This document shows positions 28,929 through 37,842 of a DNA stretch of 64,000 nt, one piece after another. Made by a program: the position numbers and the translations under genes. Source of the DNA: Betaproteobacteria bacterium. GTDB lineage: Bacteria > Pseudomonadota > Gammaproteobacteria > Burkholderiales > Rhodocyclaceae. The first letter of the stretch is position 1, and each line of letters begins with the position of its first letter. The notes below the pieces were generated by a model. It was not told where the DNA came from, did no database searches, and was given only the letters and a program-made list of their open reading frames with translations. The stretch covers positions 2,093 to 66,092 of the forward strand of contig VEPA01000245.1 in assembly GCA_012026675.1 (NCBI GenBank), written 5' to 3'.

Positions 28929-29639
28929 GTGGTTCTCAGACTGATTCCTGTCGTCGATATTCTGGGCGGCACCGTCGTCCGCGCGGTAAGGGGTGATCGG
29001 GCCAGTTACCGGCCAATGCTTACCACGCTCTGCCCTGGTAGTGCGCCCGTGGACGTTGTCGCCGCGCTGCTCGACCTTTACCCGTTCGACCACCTCTACA
29101 TTGCCGACCTCGACTCGATTCAGGGATGTGGCGACAACCTCGCGGTGATCGAAAGCATCCACCGGAGGTTTCCCGGACTCGATATCTGGGCCGACACCGG
29201 CATCGCAAGTGTCGCCGGCCTCGTCAAATGGCAGGCACGGGAACTGGGAACGGCGGTTATCGGCAGCGAGAGCGTTTCCGCTCACGAATTCTCTGCAGGC
29301 ATCCGCGATCCGGCCGTGCTGTCGCTCGATTTTCGTGGCGACCGTTTCATCGGTCCGGCGGCGCTGCTCTCCGATGTCTCGCTTTGGCCCGGCAGGATCA
29401 TCGCCATGACATTGGCCCGGGTGGGTGCCGGACTTGGGCCGGATCTTGAAAGACTCTCCGAATTGATCAAGCGGGCCAAGGGGCGCGAGATCTACTCCGC
29501 CGGCGGTGTTCGCCATGCCGCCGACCTTGATGCGCTGGCCCGCTGCGGAGCCGCGGGCGTGCTCCTTGCCAGTGCCTTGCATGATGGCATTCTGGGTCAT
29601 GCGGAACTCGCTCGCTGGACGCGGTCAGAGCCGGGCTGA
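28929..29639 (+). CDS. Orf17: HisA/HisF-related TIM-barrel protein
   Basis: LIPVVDILGGTVVRAVRGDR..Y, LYIADLDSI, WADTG, VIGSES, LSLDF, MTLARVG..GPD, AGGVR, ASALHDG; GTG start is tentative. Confidence 0.86.
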   Translation: MVLRLIPVVDILGGTVVRAVRGDRASYRPMLTTLCPGSAPVDVVAALLDLYPFDHLYIADLDSIQGCGDNLAVIESIHRRFPGLDIWADTGIASVAGLVKWQARELGTAVIGSESVSAHEFSAGIRDPAVLSLDFRGDRFIGPAALLSDVSLWPGRIIAMTLARVGAGLGPDLERLSELIKRAKGREIYSAGGVRHAADLDALARCGAAGVLLASALHDGILGHAELARWTRSEPG

Positions 29640-30872
29640 TCGAACCCGACCAACCGTGCGCATAGACTCGCCGGCCTCGGGGCGGAGCAACGAGCGCCAA
29701 GGCGAGCGCCCCAGGGTTTCCTGCTGGAACCAGGTAAGCACGGAGTTTCCGCCGCTAGCCTGGAACTCGGCAAGACTTGGCCCCGTGTAGCGGCAAGATG
29801 ACTGCGGCGTTTCGTAAAGCTCCAGTTCGGCGAGCGCCGGCAGATATTCAATCAGGCGTTGCCAAATGAACACGCACATCACCTCGGTTGTCGAGCGCCA
29901 CGCCAGTTCGCCGGCAACATAGTTGAGATGGTGGTGATCGAACAACTCGACGATCTCGCGTGTTACGACTTTTTTGAGGTAGCCGAAGTCCACCACGCAA
30001 CCGGTGATGGGGTCGATCCGGCCCCGTACCTTTACCCGCAGCACATAGCGCCCGCCGTGCTGGTTGGAACACTTGGCCGGATGGTCGGTAATGAAATGCG
30101 CCGAATCGAAGGAAAGCTCCTTGGCTACGGTTAGCTCCGGGGTACTTGCATGGAAACGATCCCATACGCCGGGCATCGGGCGAAGCTGTGGCTCGAGCGC
30201 CGCCAGCAAGCGCCCGCTGTCGGCCGTTGTCCTGGTCCTCAGGAGCACCGGCTCTTCGTCGTCGCCACTCAGGCAGTGCATGGCGACGCCGTGTTCGCGC
30301 TCAAGCCAGACAACGGCCTCATCGGCGTCGACGCGCCGCGTCAGCGCGATGAACAGATAGCCGGCCTGCATCTCGCCGCAATGTCCAATGCATACAGCGA
30401 GAGCGGTCGCAAAGTCGGGCGGCGGTACCGGGGTCATGGCATCACGCGGCCTGCCAAGCAAATTCCTGCGCAGCGACCTCAATTTGTTGCGCGCCACAAC
30501 CCGGTTGGTCGATTCGTCGAATTCATAGTCCTGGCAAAACCGGAAGCCGTATTCGTTCAGGAAGTTCAGGTCCCAAAGCAGAAGATCAAGCCAACGAATG
30601 CCGCCAGGGATCACCGCAAACTCGCCCTCGCTGCCAAGAAGGCCAGACAGACGGAGACCTTCGAGAACGGCGCGCGCCGCTTCGCCGGGTGTAGTCGCTA
30701 TGGAAATGAAATCGGCAGCCTGCGGACGCTGGTTCAGTTGATCGGTGCTGACCAGCAATTCAAGGGGCAGGCAGTGCCGTATGGCGTACTCTTGAAGCGT
30801 CAGACCGCTGCATGCAATCAGATGCTCATTGTCAAGCTTCGCCACATCGTGATCACAATTCAGGCACTTCAT
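29625..30872 (-). CDS. Fusion: N-terminal CxxC..H..C module, LAGLIDADG-like middle region, C-terminal variant PTPS/QueD domain
   Basis: MKCLNC..EHLIAC..GLTLQEY..LP at the N-terminus; FDSAHF..CSNQHGG..VDFG..DHHHLN..TTE..LYETP at the C-terminus; GGAG RBS. Confidence 0.78.
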   Translation of the reverse strand: MKCLNCDHDVAKLDNEHLIACSGLTLQEYAIRHCLPLELLVSTDQLNQRPQAADFISIATTPGEAARAVLEGLRLSGLLGSEGEFAVIPGGIRWLDLLLWDLNFLNEYGFRFCQDYEFDESTNRVVARNKLRSLRRNLLGRPRDAMTPVPPPDFATALAVCIGHCGEMQAGYLFIALTRRVDADEAVVWLEREHGVAMHCLSGDDEEPVLLRTRTTADSGRLLAALEPQLRPMPGVWDRFHASTPELTVAKELSFDSAHFITDHPAKCSNQHGGRYVLRVKVRGRIDPITGCVVDFGYLKKVVTREIVELFDHHHLNYVAGELAWRSTTEVMCVFIWQRLIEYLPALAELELYETPQSSCRYTGPSLAEFQASGGNSVLTWFQQETLGRSPWRSLLRPEAGESMRTVGRVRSARL

Positions 30873-30939
30873 GGGAATTCTCCATGCCGGGTACGCATTT
30901 CTTGCCAACTGCCTTTGTCATTGGCGTCCTTCGCTGCGG

Positions 30940-30971
30940 CGCCCCGCCAGACTTGTCGACCTGGCGGGGCG
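30940..30971. other. 11-bp GC hairpin just downstream of fae, no U-tract (stabiliser or partial terminator)
   Basis: CGCCCCGCCAG-N10-CTGGCGGGGCG. Confidence 0.6.
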
Positions 30972-30992
30972 GGCAGTGAACGGTGCTGCGAG

Positions 30993-31505
30993 TTACAGGT
31001 GCGCGGCGAACGGGTGACCGGCAGCTCCCTTTTTGGCAACCACTTCAGCAGCCTTCGGTTCGCGGGCAACGGCGCGCTTGAGCGCTTCCTTGGTAGCGGC
31101 GTAGTTGAAGTCCTGGATCTTGGTATCGTCTTCGGCAAGCCAGTGAATGAATACGCCGACGCAAATGAACAGGTCGTCTGCCTCGCCGGCGGGGATGGTG
31201 CCATCCTCGACGCAGTCAGCAACCGCCATGGCGACGGCACGCTGTGCCGGACCAAACATCTGCACGGCCTGCTTGGCGCCCTTGATGGTCACCTTGTTGA
31301 ACATCACGGTATTCGGCTTGGCGAGCAGATTGGGCGCGACGACGGCGAGCAGCGACGTGAAGCCATCCTTGTTGTTGCACAGCGTATTGCAGAACGCAGA
31401 CTCTGCGGCACTGCCCCGCGGCCCGATGATCAGGTCGATGTGCGCAATCTCATTTCCGTCTCCCACAAGCGATTCACCTACCAGAACGCGATCGATTACA
31501 GCCAT
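30993..31505 (-). CDS. fae: Formaldehyde-activating enzyme
   Basis: [47 protein letters not shown]; AGGAG RBS. Confidence 0.96.
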   Translation of the reverse strand: MAVIDRVLVGESLVGDGNEIAHIDLIIGPRGSAAESAFCNTLCNNKDGFTSLLAVVAPNLLAKPNTVMFNKVTIKGAKQAVQMFGPAQRAVAMAVADCVEDGTIPAGEADDLFICVGVFIHWLAEDDTKIQDFNYAATKEALKRAVAREPKAAEVVAKKGAAGHPFAAHL

Positions 31506-32458
31506 TTTGTTACTCCTTTTAAAGGTTGATGAAACTCGCGGGCAAGCGCCCGCGGGGGGCAAATGCCGCCAGCCAACTCGGCCGGTGGTTCATTCGCAAT
31601 CTTGTCCAGCGCCTCTTGCAGGCGTACAGCGACGAATACGGTAACTGTGAGATCGGCGCTTGTGCCGGGATTGATGCCGCGGTTCTTCAGCGACGCATCG
31701 AATTCGAGCAACAACGGCATGGCCGCCTCGGGCGACGTTGCGGCAAACTTTGCCCGAATCCGCCGTGCCTCGACGCAGACCGCTTCCGCCACTTCCAGGC
31801 CATGCTTGCGGACGATATGCGTGTCGGGCCACTGGCCGAGCAGGCCGAGAAAAACATCGACCGCCGCCCAGTCCTCGTCCGCATGGCGGCACAGCGCCAG
31901 TTCCGCGAGCGGCACGCCGAAGCCGAAAATGTCCTCGTAGCCGGTGACGTATTGGCGAGCAATCCGATCGCGTCCTGCAGCTTGTTGCATCACGGTGCCC
32001 AGGTCGGCAGAGGCCGGCCCGCGAACATCGTGCTGCGCGCTCTCGCCCAGGCCGCCTGGAGCGGCGAGACGAATGGCCGCAAAGGCCCGCTCGGCATCAT
32101 CGACCGAGAGCCCGCGCAGGACAGGTTCAAGACGGCTGCGCAAAGCAGTTGCCGGCATGTGGCTCAGCGCCGCTTGCACCATTGGCGCGAGGAGGAGGAT
32201 TATTCCAAGGTTGGTATTGCACCGGACCGCAGCCCTGGTTGCCGTGACCGAGTCGAGGATGCGCTCTCCGACCGTTGCACCGTCACGGGTCAGGGGTATC
32301 GCCACCGCCTTGGCGCTTCGCAGGAAAAGCGTGGCCGTCATGCCGTGGCCGGGCGAAGCGAAGCTTACGTTGCCCGGCTTGAAGGCCCGGACATCGAGTT
32401 CGCAGATGTCCTCGATAAGCGCGGAAATCTGAGATGGGAGGAGAGCCAGCCTGTTCAT
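31496..32458 (-). CDS. Orf7: CitG-like triphosphoribosyl-dephospho-CoA synthase family
   Basis: [43 protein letters not shown]. Confidence 0.88.
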   Translation of the reverse strand: MNRLALLPSQISALIEDICELDVRAFKPGNVSFASPGHGMTATLFLRSAKAVAIPLTRDGATVGERILDSVTATRAAVRCNTNLGIILLLAPMVQAALSHMPATALRSRLEPVLRGLSVDDAERAFAAIRLAAPGGLGESAQHDVRGPASADLGTVMQQAAGRDRIARQYVTGYEDIFGFGVPLAELALCRHADEDWAAVDVFLGLLGQWPDTHIVRKHGLEVAEAVCVEARRIRAKFAATSPEAAMPLLLEFDASLKNRGINPGTSADLTVTVFVAVRLQEALDKIANEPPAELAGGICPPRALAREFHQPLKGVTKWL

Positions 32459-33357
32459 CTGGCGCCCATCACTTGCAGAGGAAACGCGTGCGCGAGCAGA
32501 TCGTCGACGAGCTCTTGCGCTATGTTCAGCTGGCAAACGGCCTGCAGGCCTTTCCAGGCAGGAATACTATTGACTTCGATCACCGAATAACCAGCTGCCG
32601 GATCGTGGATAACATCGATACCGGCATAATCCATGCCGAGTGCTCGCGACGCTCCTTCTGCCAAGTTTCGCAATCGGGGCGTCAGTTCGGCGGCTTCGCA
32701 GTCTGCGCCTTGCGCAACGTTGTTGATCCACGTCTTGCCACGACGGATCATCGCCGCCACCGCGCGGCCGCCAATCACGAAGATGCGCCAATCGTGCCAA
32801 TTGCCCTCGCCACAGTCTATGAACCGTTGCAGGTAAAACACCCCGTTGATTTCATCCGTCGATGGCAGGTCGCGGATGTCGGCGATGCGACGCAGACCCT
32901 TGCCCTGCGACCCAAACAAGGGTTTCAATACGAGTTCGCGACCGGCGGCCGTTTCCCGCATCACCAGGGCACGTGCCGCCGGCTCGGACTCACCGACCCA
33001 CGTGGGCGGTGTCGGGATGCCGCGCAGTTTGAGCAGAAAACTGGTCATCGACTTGTCGACGCTGCGCTCGATTGACCGGGCATCGTTGTAGACCGGCACG
33101 CCGAGTTCCTGCAGCGCATGCAGGACGCCCAGGCGCAGCGTGATCTGCTCCAGCGTCCCGGCCGAGATACTGCGCACGAAAACGCCATCGGGCAGCCCCT
33201 CGAATCCCGGAATGATCAGGCCATGCGGTGCACCGATGTCGAATCGACAGCCGGTAAGCGACACAAAGCTGGCTTCGCAGCCCCGCAGGGAAAAAGCGCC
33301 CTGCAACTCATCACCGTGCCAGCCGGGATCATCGGTCATGATGGCGAAGCGACGCAT
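32455..33357 (-). CDS. Orf5: RimK-type ATP-grasp glutamate ligase (methylofuran polyglutamate; MyfA-like)
   Basis: GTLEQITLRL, VDKSMTS, KPLFGSQGKG, DWRIFV, WINNVAQG, EVNSIPAW. Confidence 0.88.
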   Translation of the reverse strand: MRRFAIMTDDPGWHGDELQGAFSLRGCEASFVSLTGCRFDIGAPHGLIIPGFEGLPDGVFVRSISAGTLEQITLRLGVLHALQELGVPVYNDARSIERSVDKSMTSFLLKLRGIPTPPTWVGESEPAARALVMRETAAGRELVLKPLFGSQGKGLRRIADIRDLPSTDEINGVFYLQRFIDCGEGNWHDWRIFVIGGRAVAAMIRRGKTWINNVAQGADCEAAELTPRLRNLAEGASRALGMDYAGIDVIHDPAAGYSVIEVNSIPAWKGLQAVCQLNIAQELVDDLLAHAFPLQVMGAR

Positions 33358-34364
33358 CACGCAATGCTCCCGAAGGACTTGTCGAGCAGCGCCTCGTCGA
33401 AGCGGCCGGCATGGAAAGTGTGGCCGGAATCGATAGCAGTGACAGCCACCCGTGCCGGGGCAAAAAGCTGCGGATCGATCTGGTAGAAGTCGAACTTGCA
33501 CGCCTTGAAGATTTCCGCAAAGGGCCTGCCGTAGTCCCGCGAAGTGGTACAGGAAAGCGCCTTCGCCAGATCCGCGGCGGCGGCCATGCCGCCGCGAACG
33601 AACAGATGAACGTCGCCGCCGAAGAGTATGGCGTCGTTAGTCCTGCCCATCGCCGTCAGGAAATCGGGGGCCGGCGGCGGCAGGGGTGCGCTGCCGACGC
33701 CGTCGACAATTTGTTCCAGCGGAAATCCCAGGACGTGGGCCTTGTGCAGTGCCACTTCGACGACGCGCGAGACGATCTGGAGGCCGCCGGCAAGGCTGCT
33801 GGTCGGCGTCAAAATCAGGGTCAGATTGCTGGCCTTGATACCGCAGTCGCGAACGATCTTGGCGATGATTTCCGGCGGCGGCCGCTTGTCGACTTCGAGT
33901 ACCAGGCAGGCCGATTCGCATTGGTCACGATAGCCTAGTTCCGCGAAGAGTTCCTCTTTGGCTGCCAGAGCGCGTCCAGGACCCGAACCCAGGGCATGAA
34001 AGGAACCCTTGCCCTCCCCGTGGGCAAGGCTCCATCCGGCATACTGGCTGCCAAGGCAGGCCAGCACGGGGTTGGTCGTATGAACGGCGACACCCACCGG
34101 CCAGCGGGCGAAGGAGTTGCCCGTCTGCAGATTTACCGTACCGAGACCACCGAGACAAATCTCGGCGATCCGGCGCCCGGCCTCCAGGCTGCCCGTAGCG
34201 GCAATGCCGCCATCGACAAGCATGCAGCCGTCTTCGAGGCGTTCGACACCGATGCGCAACAGTGCGGCATCAAGAATCAGGGCTGACACGAGGGGTGCGG
34301 CAAGATCGCCCACGCTTGGCCAGGCGGCAGCCAGTTTGCTCCCGTTCTCTGCTGACTTTGTCAT
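33357..34364 (-). CDS. mch: Methenyl-H4MPT cyclohydrolase
   Basis: [52 protein letters not shown]. Confidence 0.95.
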   Translation of the reverse strand: MTKSAENGSKLAAAWPSVGDLAAPLVSALILDAALLRIGVERLEDGCMLVDGGIAATGSLEAGRRIAEICLGGLGTVNLQTGNSFARWPVGVAVHTTNPVLACLGSQYAGWSLAHGEGKGSFHALGSGPGRALAAKEELFAELGYRDQCESACLVLEVDKRPPPEIIAKIVRDCGIKASNLTLILTPTSSLAGGLQIVSRVVEVALHKAHVLGFPLEQIVDGVGSAPLPPPAPDFLTAMGRTNDAILFGGDVHLFVRGGMAAAADLAKALSCTTSRDYGRPFAEIFKACKFDFYQIDPQLFAPARVAVTAIDSGHTFHAGRFDEALLDKSFGSIA

Positions 34365-35470
34365 GCGGCTTTATCCATGAGGAAGTTTTCGAGCACAGCC
34401 CGACGCTGGCGGATCAGGCGCTTGACGTCACCGGTGCGACCACCGGCGGCATGCACTGTGCATACCGGCATACCGGTCGAAAAGCTGGTCACGTCCGCCG
34501 GCAGATCGCTGCACCAATCGGGAAAGGCACGCTTCGTGGATTGAAGAGGCCCGCCGGGGGCATAGACAACGGCATGCGCGCGCACGGTATTCGAGATCTG
34601 CAATGCTGGCGGCAAGTTGCCCGCGCAAGCCCGCAGGTGAAGATCAAAAAGACTGCCAGCAGCGTGATCATCGTGCAAATCGATTGTGGCAGTCGGTCTC
34701 GGATTGATCTCGAGAACCTGGAAGTCATCGCGGTCGACAATGAAATCCATGCCATTGAGACCGACCAGTCCGAGTGACCCGGCAAGGGCATTCACAGCGA
34801 CGGAAATGCGGCTGCGAAGATCGGGAGCAAGCGCAACCCGGTTGATCGCCCCACCATATGCGAACGGGGTGTCTCCGACGGACTGGGTCCACACCTCGTT
34901 GAAGCCGACCACCCTGGCCTGGCGGCCGTCGGCCAGAAACAGAACCGAAGCGCAGACGCCCTCGACATGGCGCTGGAAGTAAGTATCCGGCGAGTACGTT
35001 TCATCGATTCGTGCCGGCCGAACATGTGTTCCGCCCCTGCCTCCGATTTTCTTGGCCAGCCAGCCACTCGGATTGTCCGGAAGCGACAGCGACGTTTCCG
35101 GATGGGCAATGCCCAGGCGGTCCAGGATGGCGAAGAAATGCCTTGGATCCTTGCTCGCGACCACGGTCTCGGACGAGTTGCCGAACACCCTTCGGTCCCG
35201 GGCCAGTACGTCCAGCAAGGCGGGCCGGTTTTCGAAGCCGGAGCCTGTGACCAGGGGAACGGAGACCGGACAGATGCCCCTGACCGCGCGCGCAGTGGCC
35301 GCAGCATCCAGATCCCAGTCGGACGCCGGAATGCGTTGGCAGACCGTCGCATAACCACGAGTATCTTGGTCGGCAAAGAGGTCAAGGACGGCAACCTTGT
35401 GGCCGCCGCGCCACGCCGATCTGGCCAGTGCACGCCCGGTGGTAGCGACTATGAGGTGCGAGGGCTTCAT
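34361..35470 (-). CDS. OrfY: ATP-grasp protein (MyfB-like)
   Basis: [38 protein letters not shown]. Confidence 0.85.
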   Translation of the reverse strand: MKPSHLIVATTGRALARSAWRGGHKVAVLDLFADQDTRGYATVCQRIPASDWDLDAAATARAVRGICPVSVPLVTGSGFENRPALLDVLARDRRVFGNSSETVVASKDPRHFFAILDRLGIAHPETSLSLPDNPSGWLAKKIGGRGGTHVRPARIDETYSPDTYFQRHVEGVCASVLFLADGRQARVVGFNEVWTQSVGDTPFAYGGAINRVALAPDLRSRISVAVNALAGSLGLVGLNGMDFIVDRDDFQVLEINPRPTATIDLHDDHAAGSLFDLHLRACAGNLPPALQISNTVRAHAVVYAPGGPLQSTKRAFPDWCSDLPADVTSFSTGMPVCTVHAAGGRTGDVKRLIRQRRAVLENFLMDKAA

Positions 35471-35493
35471 GATGTGCCGGAAAAAATCCGCGG

Positions 35494-36399
35494 TCAGGAC
35501 GAAAGCTGGCGCGCGGCGGTGAACGCGGCGCGAAAATCGAGGAACACCGGCTTCTCCGCCTGCAACATGGATACCAGAAGGCCCTTCTGACACTGATACT
35601 TGACGTTGCCGACTGCCAGGGCGCCGATACCGACAGCTTTGCCGGACCCGGCCTGCAATACAGCGCCGTCGTCCATCACGCCGAGGCCCTCGATTCCCGC
35701 CGGCGGAACAGCATTGACATCGGCGGCTACCAGCAGGGCTGCCGCAGTGTCGAGTTGGGCAGCGCTGAGTACCTGCACCCCCGCCTTGGCTGTTGCAAGA
35801 ATGACCTGGGCCGAGGCAACCAGGCTTGCAAGCTTCTCGGGCGAACTTCCGTCGGCAGGCTCAGTGCTGACCTGATATCGGGCATTTATGGCGGTGGTCG
35901 TCTGCCTTGCACCTTCAACGCCGCGACTGCTGGCGACATGAACCCGGGCTCCCGCACCGCAGGCCAGGACCGCCGCAGCGGCACCAATGGGACCGGTACC
36001 TCCCAGGATAAGCACTTCGGCACCCTCCAGATTGGCGCCGTGCCGCTTCTGTAATTGCCGCTCGACCGCAGCCACCATGGCGGCGGCGGTAGTGAAGGCG
36101 CCGCTGGGATCGGCAAAAACAGAAACCACGAAGGGCGGCACCATCGCCGCCCTGGCGGCATCGAGCATGTCGGCAGCCAGACCGATATCGCGGCCGCCAA
36201 TGAAGATTCCGGTGCACTTTACGCCCTTGGGCCCCCGGGAAAAGATCGCGTCCTGCGTCAGGTTGCCGATGTCTGAAAGCTGGACGTTGCAATAGGGAAT
36301 AACCGCCGAGTAGCCGGCATCGTAGGCCATGTTGACGTCGAATGGGCTCGCCTGGGGCGTGGGGGTGAACAGGTGCAGGAGATAGGGGCGCTGTGTCAT
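35494..36399 (-). CDS. mtdB: NAD(P)-dependent methylene-H4MPT dehydrogenase
   Basis: SPFDVNMAYDAG, DAIFSRGPKG, FIGGRD, ADPSGAFTTAAA, GGTGPIG, DVNAVPPAG. Confidence 0.92.
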   Translation of the reverse strand: MTQRPYLLHLFTPTPQASPFDVNMAYDAGYSAVIPYCNVQLSDIGNLTQDAIFSRGPKGVKCTGIFIGGRDIGLAADMLDAARAAMVPPFVVSVFADPSGAFTTAAAMVAAVERQLQKRHGANLEGAEVLILGGTGPIGAAAAVLACGAGARVHVASSRGVEGARQTTTAINARYQVSTEPADGSSPEKLASLVASAQVILATAKAGVQVLSAAQLDTAAALLVAADVNAVPPAGIEGLGVMDDGAVLQAGSGKAVGIGALAVGNVKYQCQKGLLVSMLQAEKPVFLDFRAAFTAARQLSS

Positions 36400-36432
36400 G
36401 ATGTTTGAGAGTGGCTCGAAAAATACCGGGCA

Positions 36433-37464
36433 TCAGGCCGCGTCGGCGTAAAGACTCCGGTGCCCGGTTGCCGGCTCCGCAGAGGTTTCCAGGATCGAGG
36501 CGCCGCTGTTCATGCCCCGGCAGACCATGAATGACAAGCGCCCGGACTGAGGCCAACGTTCCTGGGCTTGCCGCAGCAGGCGTTCCGCCTCATGCTCGTT
36601 GCCAAGTATGGCGAACCCGGTCGGCCCCCATGAACTCTGCCCGACGCCCGCCGCCCCTTCGCTCTCCAGCCAGGCAAGGGCTTCACTAACCGCCGGACTG
36701 GCGTAACGACCGCCCTGTGCCGGAGCAAAATGATCGCCGACCGTTTGTTGCAGTGCAGTCACAGCGCGGCCAAACCCGACGATGTCGGCGTCAGCGAGCG
36801 AAGGGAGAAGTCGCATCATCACCAGGCGACATAGATGGGCTGCGCTTTCGACAGGAAATTTCGGGAGTGCATCAAATGCCGCCGACTCGTTGCTGCCATG
36901 GATGCCTTGCTCATGGTTGTCGAACACGAGGAGGATGCGCCACGAGTCGGGAAAGGACAGCCTGGAAATTACGTGCGGCGGCACGTCGTCTGCGCCACGC
37001 CCGCCATCGACAATGAAGCCACCTGTCTCAAAGGCACCGATGCCGATGCCGGAACGAGCGCCCCGACCAGAGAGTTGGGCAATGGTCCTTGGCGGCAGGT
37101 CCCATCCATTTACCCGTGCCAGGGCAGTGCCGACTGCCAGCGCGAGTTGGGTTCCCGATCCAAATCCGGCATGGGCCGGAATAGTCTGCCGTACCACAAT
37201 CCGGGCGCTGCCAGGCATTTCCTGCAAACTGCTGAGGCGCTCGGCGATACGCAGTGCCCGGGCGGAGTCCTCGCCTTCGACACTCATTACTTCTGCTGCC
37301 TCGGCCTCAACGACGGTTCTCAAGGACGAGATAGTCAGGCCAAGACTTCCGAAACTACGGCCGAGATCTCCATTCAGGTCCATGAATCCCAGGTGCAGTC
37401 GCGCCGGCGCAACGACGGTGATCCGCGCCGCTCGTGCCGTGAATGGGATAGTCATATGGGTCAT
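36433..37464 (-). CDS. mptG: Beta-ribofuranosylaminobenzene 5'-phosphate synthase (GHMP kinase fold)
   Basis: APARLHLGF, PAHAGFGSGTQL, RGARSGIG, GGFIVDGG, GQSSWGPTG. Confidence 0.92.
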   Translation of the reverse strand: MTHMTIPFTARAARITVVAPARLHLGFMDLNGDLGRSFGSLGLTISSLRTVVEAEAAEVMSVEGEDSARALRIAERLSSLQEMPGSARIVVRQTIPAHAGFGSGTQLALAVGTALARVNGWDLPPRTIAQLSGRGARSGIGIGAFETGGFIVDGGRGADDVPPHVISRLSFPDSWRILLVFDNHEQGIHGSNESAAFDALPKFPVESAAHLCRLVMMRLLPSLADADIVGFGRAVTALQQTVGDHFAPAQGGRYASPAVSEALAWLESEGAAGVGQSSWGPTGFAILGNEHEAERLLRQAQERWPQSGRLSFMVCRGMNSGASILETSAEPATGHRSLYADAA

Positions 37465-37618
37465 CCCCTCTCAGCAAGCAACTAACCTGCCACAGGCCCA
37501 AACGACGATATCCGGTCGCGGCCTTTCGTTGTGCGCCCCAAAATCGGGACTTCCGCCCCGTTATTGGTACAGACTGTCATCCTCTTTTCCCCTTTGAACG
37601 GGGCAGCCATCATATCTG

Positions 37619-37633
37619 GCGAACAAGCTGCCA
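37619..37633 (-). promoter_or_regulatory. Candidate sigma54 promoter for the mptG operon
   Basis: Minus strand TGGCAGCTTGTTCGC (GG-N10-GC). A second match, TGGCAGGTTAGTTGCT at 37477-37492, lies very close to the start codon. Confidence 0.4.
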
Positions 37634-37752
37634 ACGGTACCGACTTCATGAGCGCAAGTCAGCAAGAAGTGTTCTTCCTGCTAGTCCTCTGGTCGGTCAG
37701 TTTATTAAGTGTGACGAGACCGGGGCCTGCGCAATCGGGCGATTTTGCTTAG

Positions 37753-37767
37753 TGGCACGATCCCTGC
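37753..37767 (+). promoter_or_regulatory. Sigma54 -24/-12 promoter for fhcBADC
   Basis: TGGCACGATCCCTGC, near-consensus TGGCACG-N4-TTGC, 75 nt upstream of the fhcB ATG. Confidence 0.65.
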
Positions 37768-37842
37768 GACTGCATCGCAAATTTACCGCCCGGGTAGCAT
37801 CTGCACGCAAGATAATGAATCGCTAATATTCTGAATTCCGGT

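Noticed and set aside
28920-29600. 227-aa N-terminal extension of Orf1 in the 558-aa track ORF
   Set aside because: It is the antisense shadow of orf17 with no recognisable motifs; recognisable Orf1 sequence begins at IKRIFVYEH.
29625-30872. Active intein or homing endonuclease in the PTPS fusion
   Set aside because: No HN-C/S/T splice junction seen, the PTPS domain is uninterrupted, and the catalytic acidic residues appear absent.
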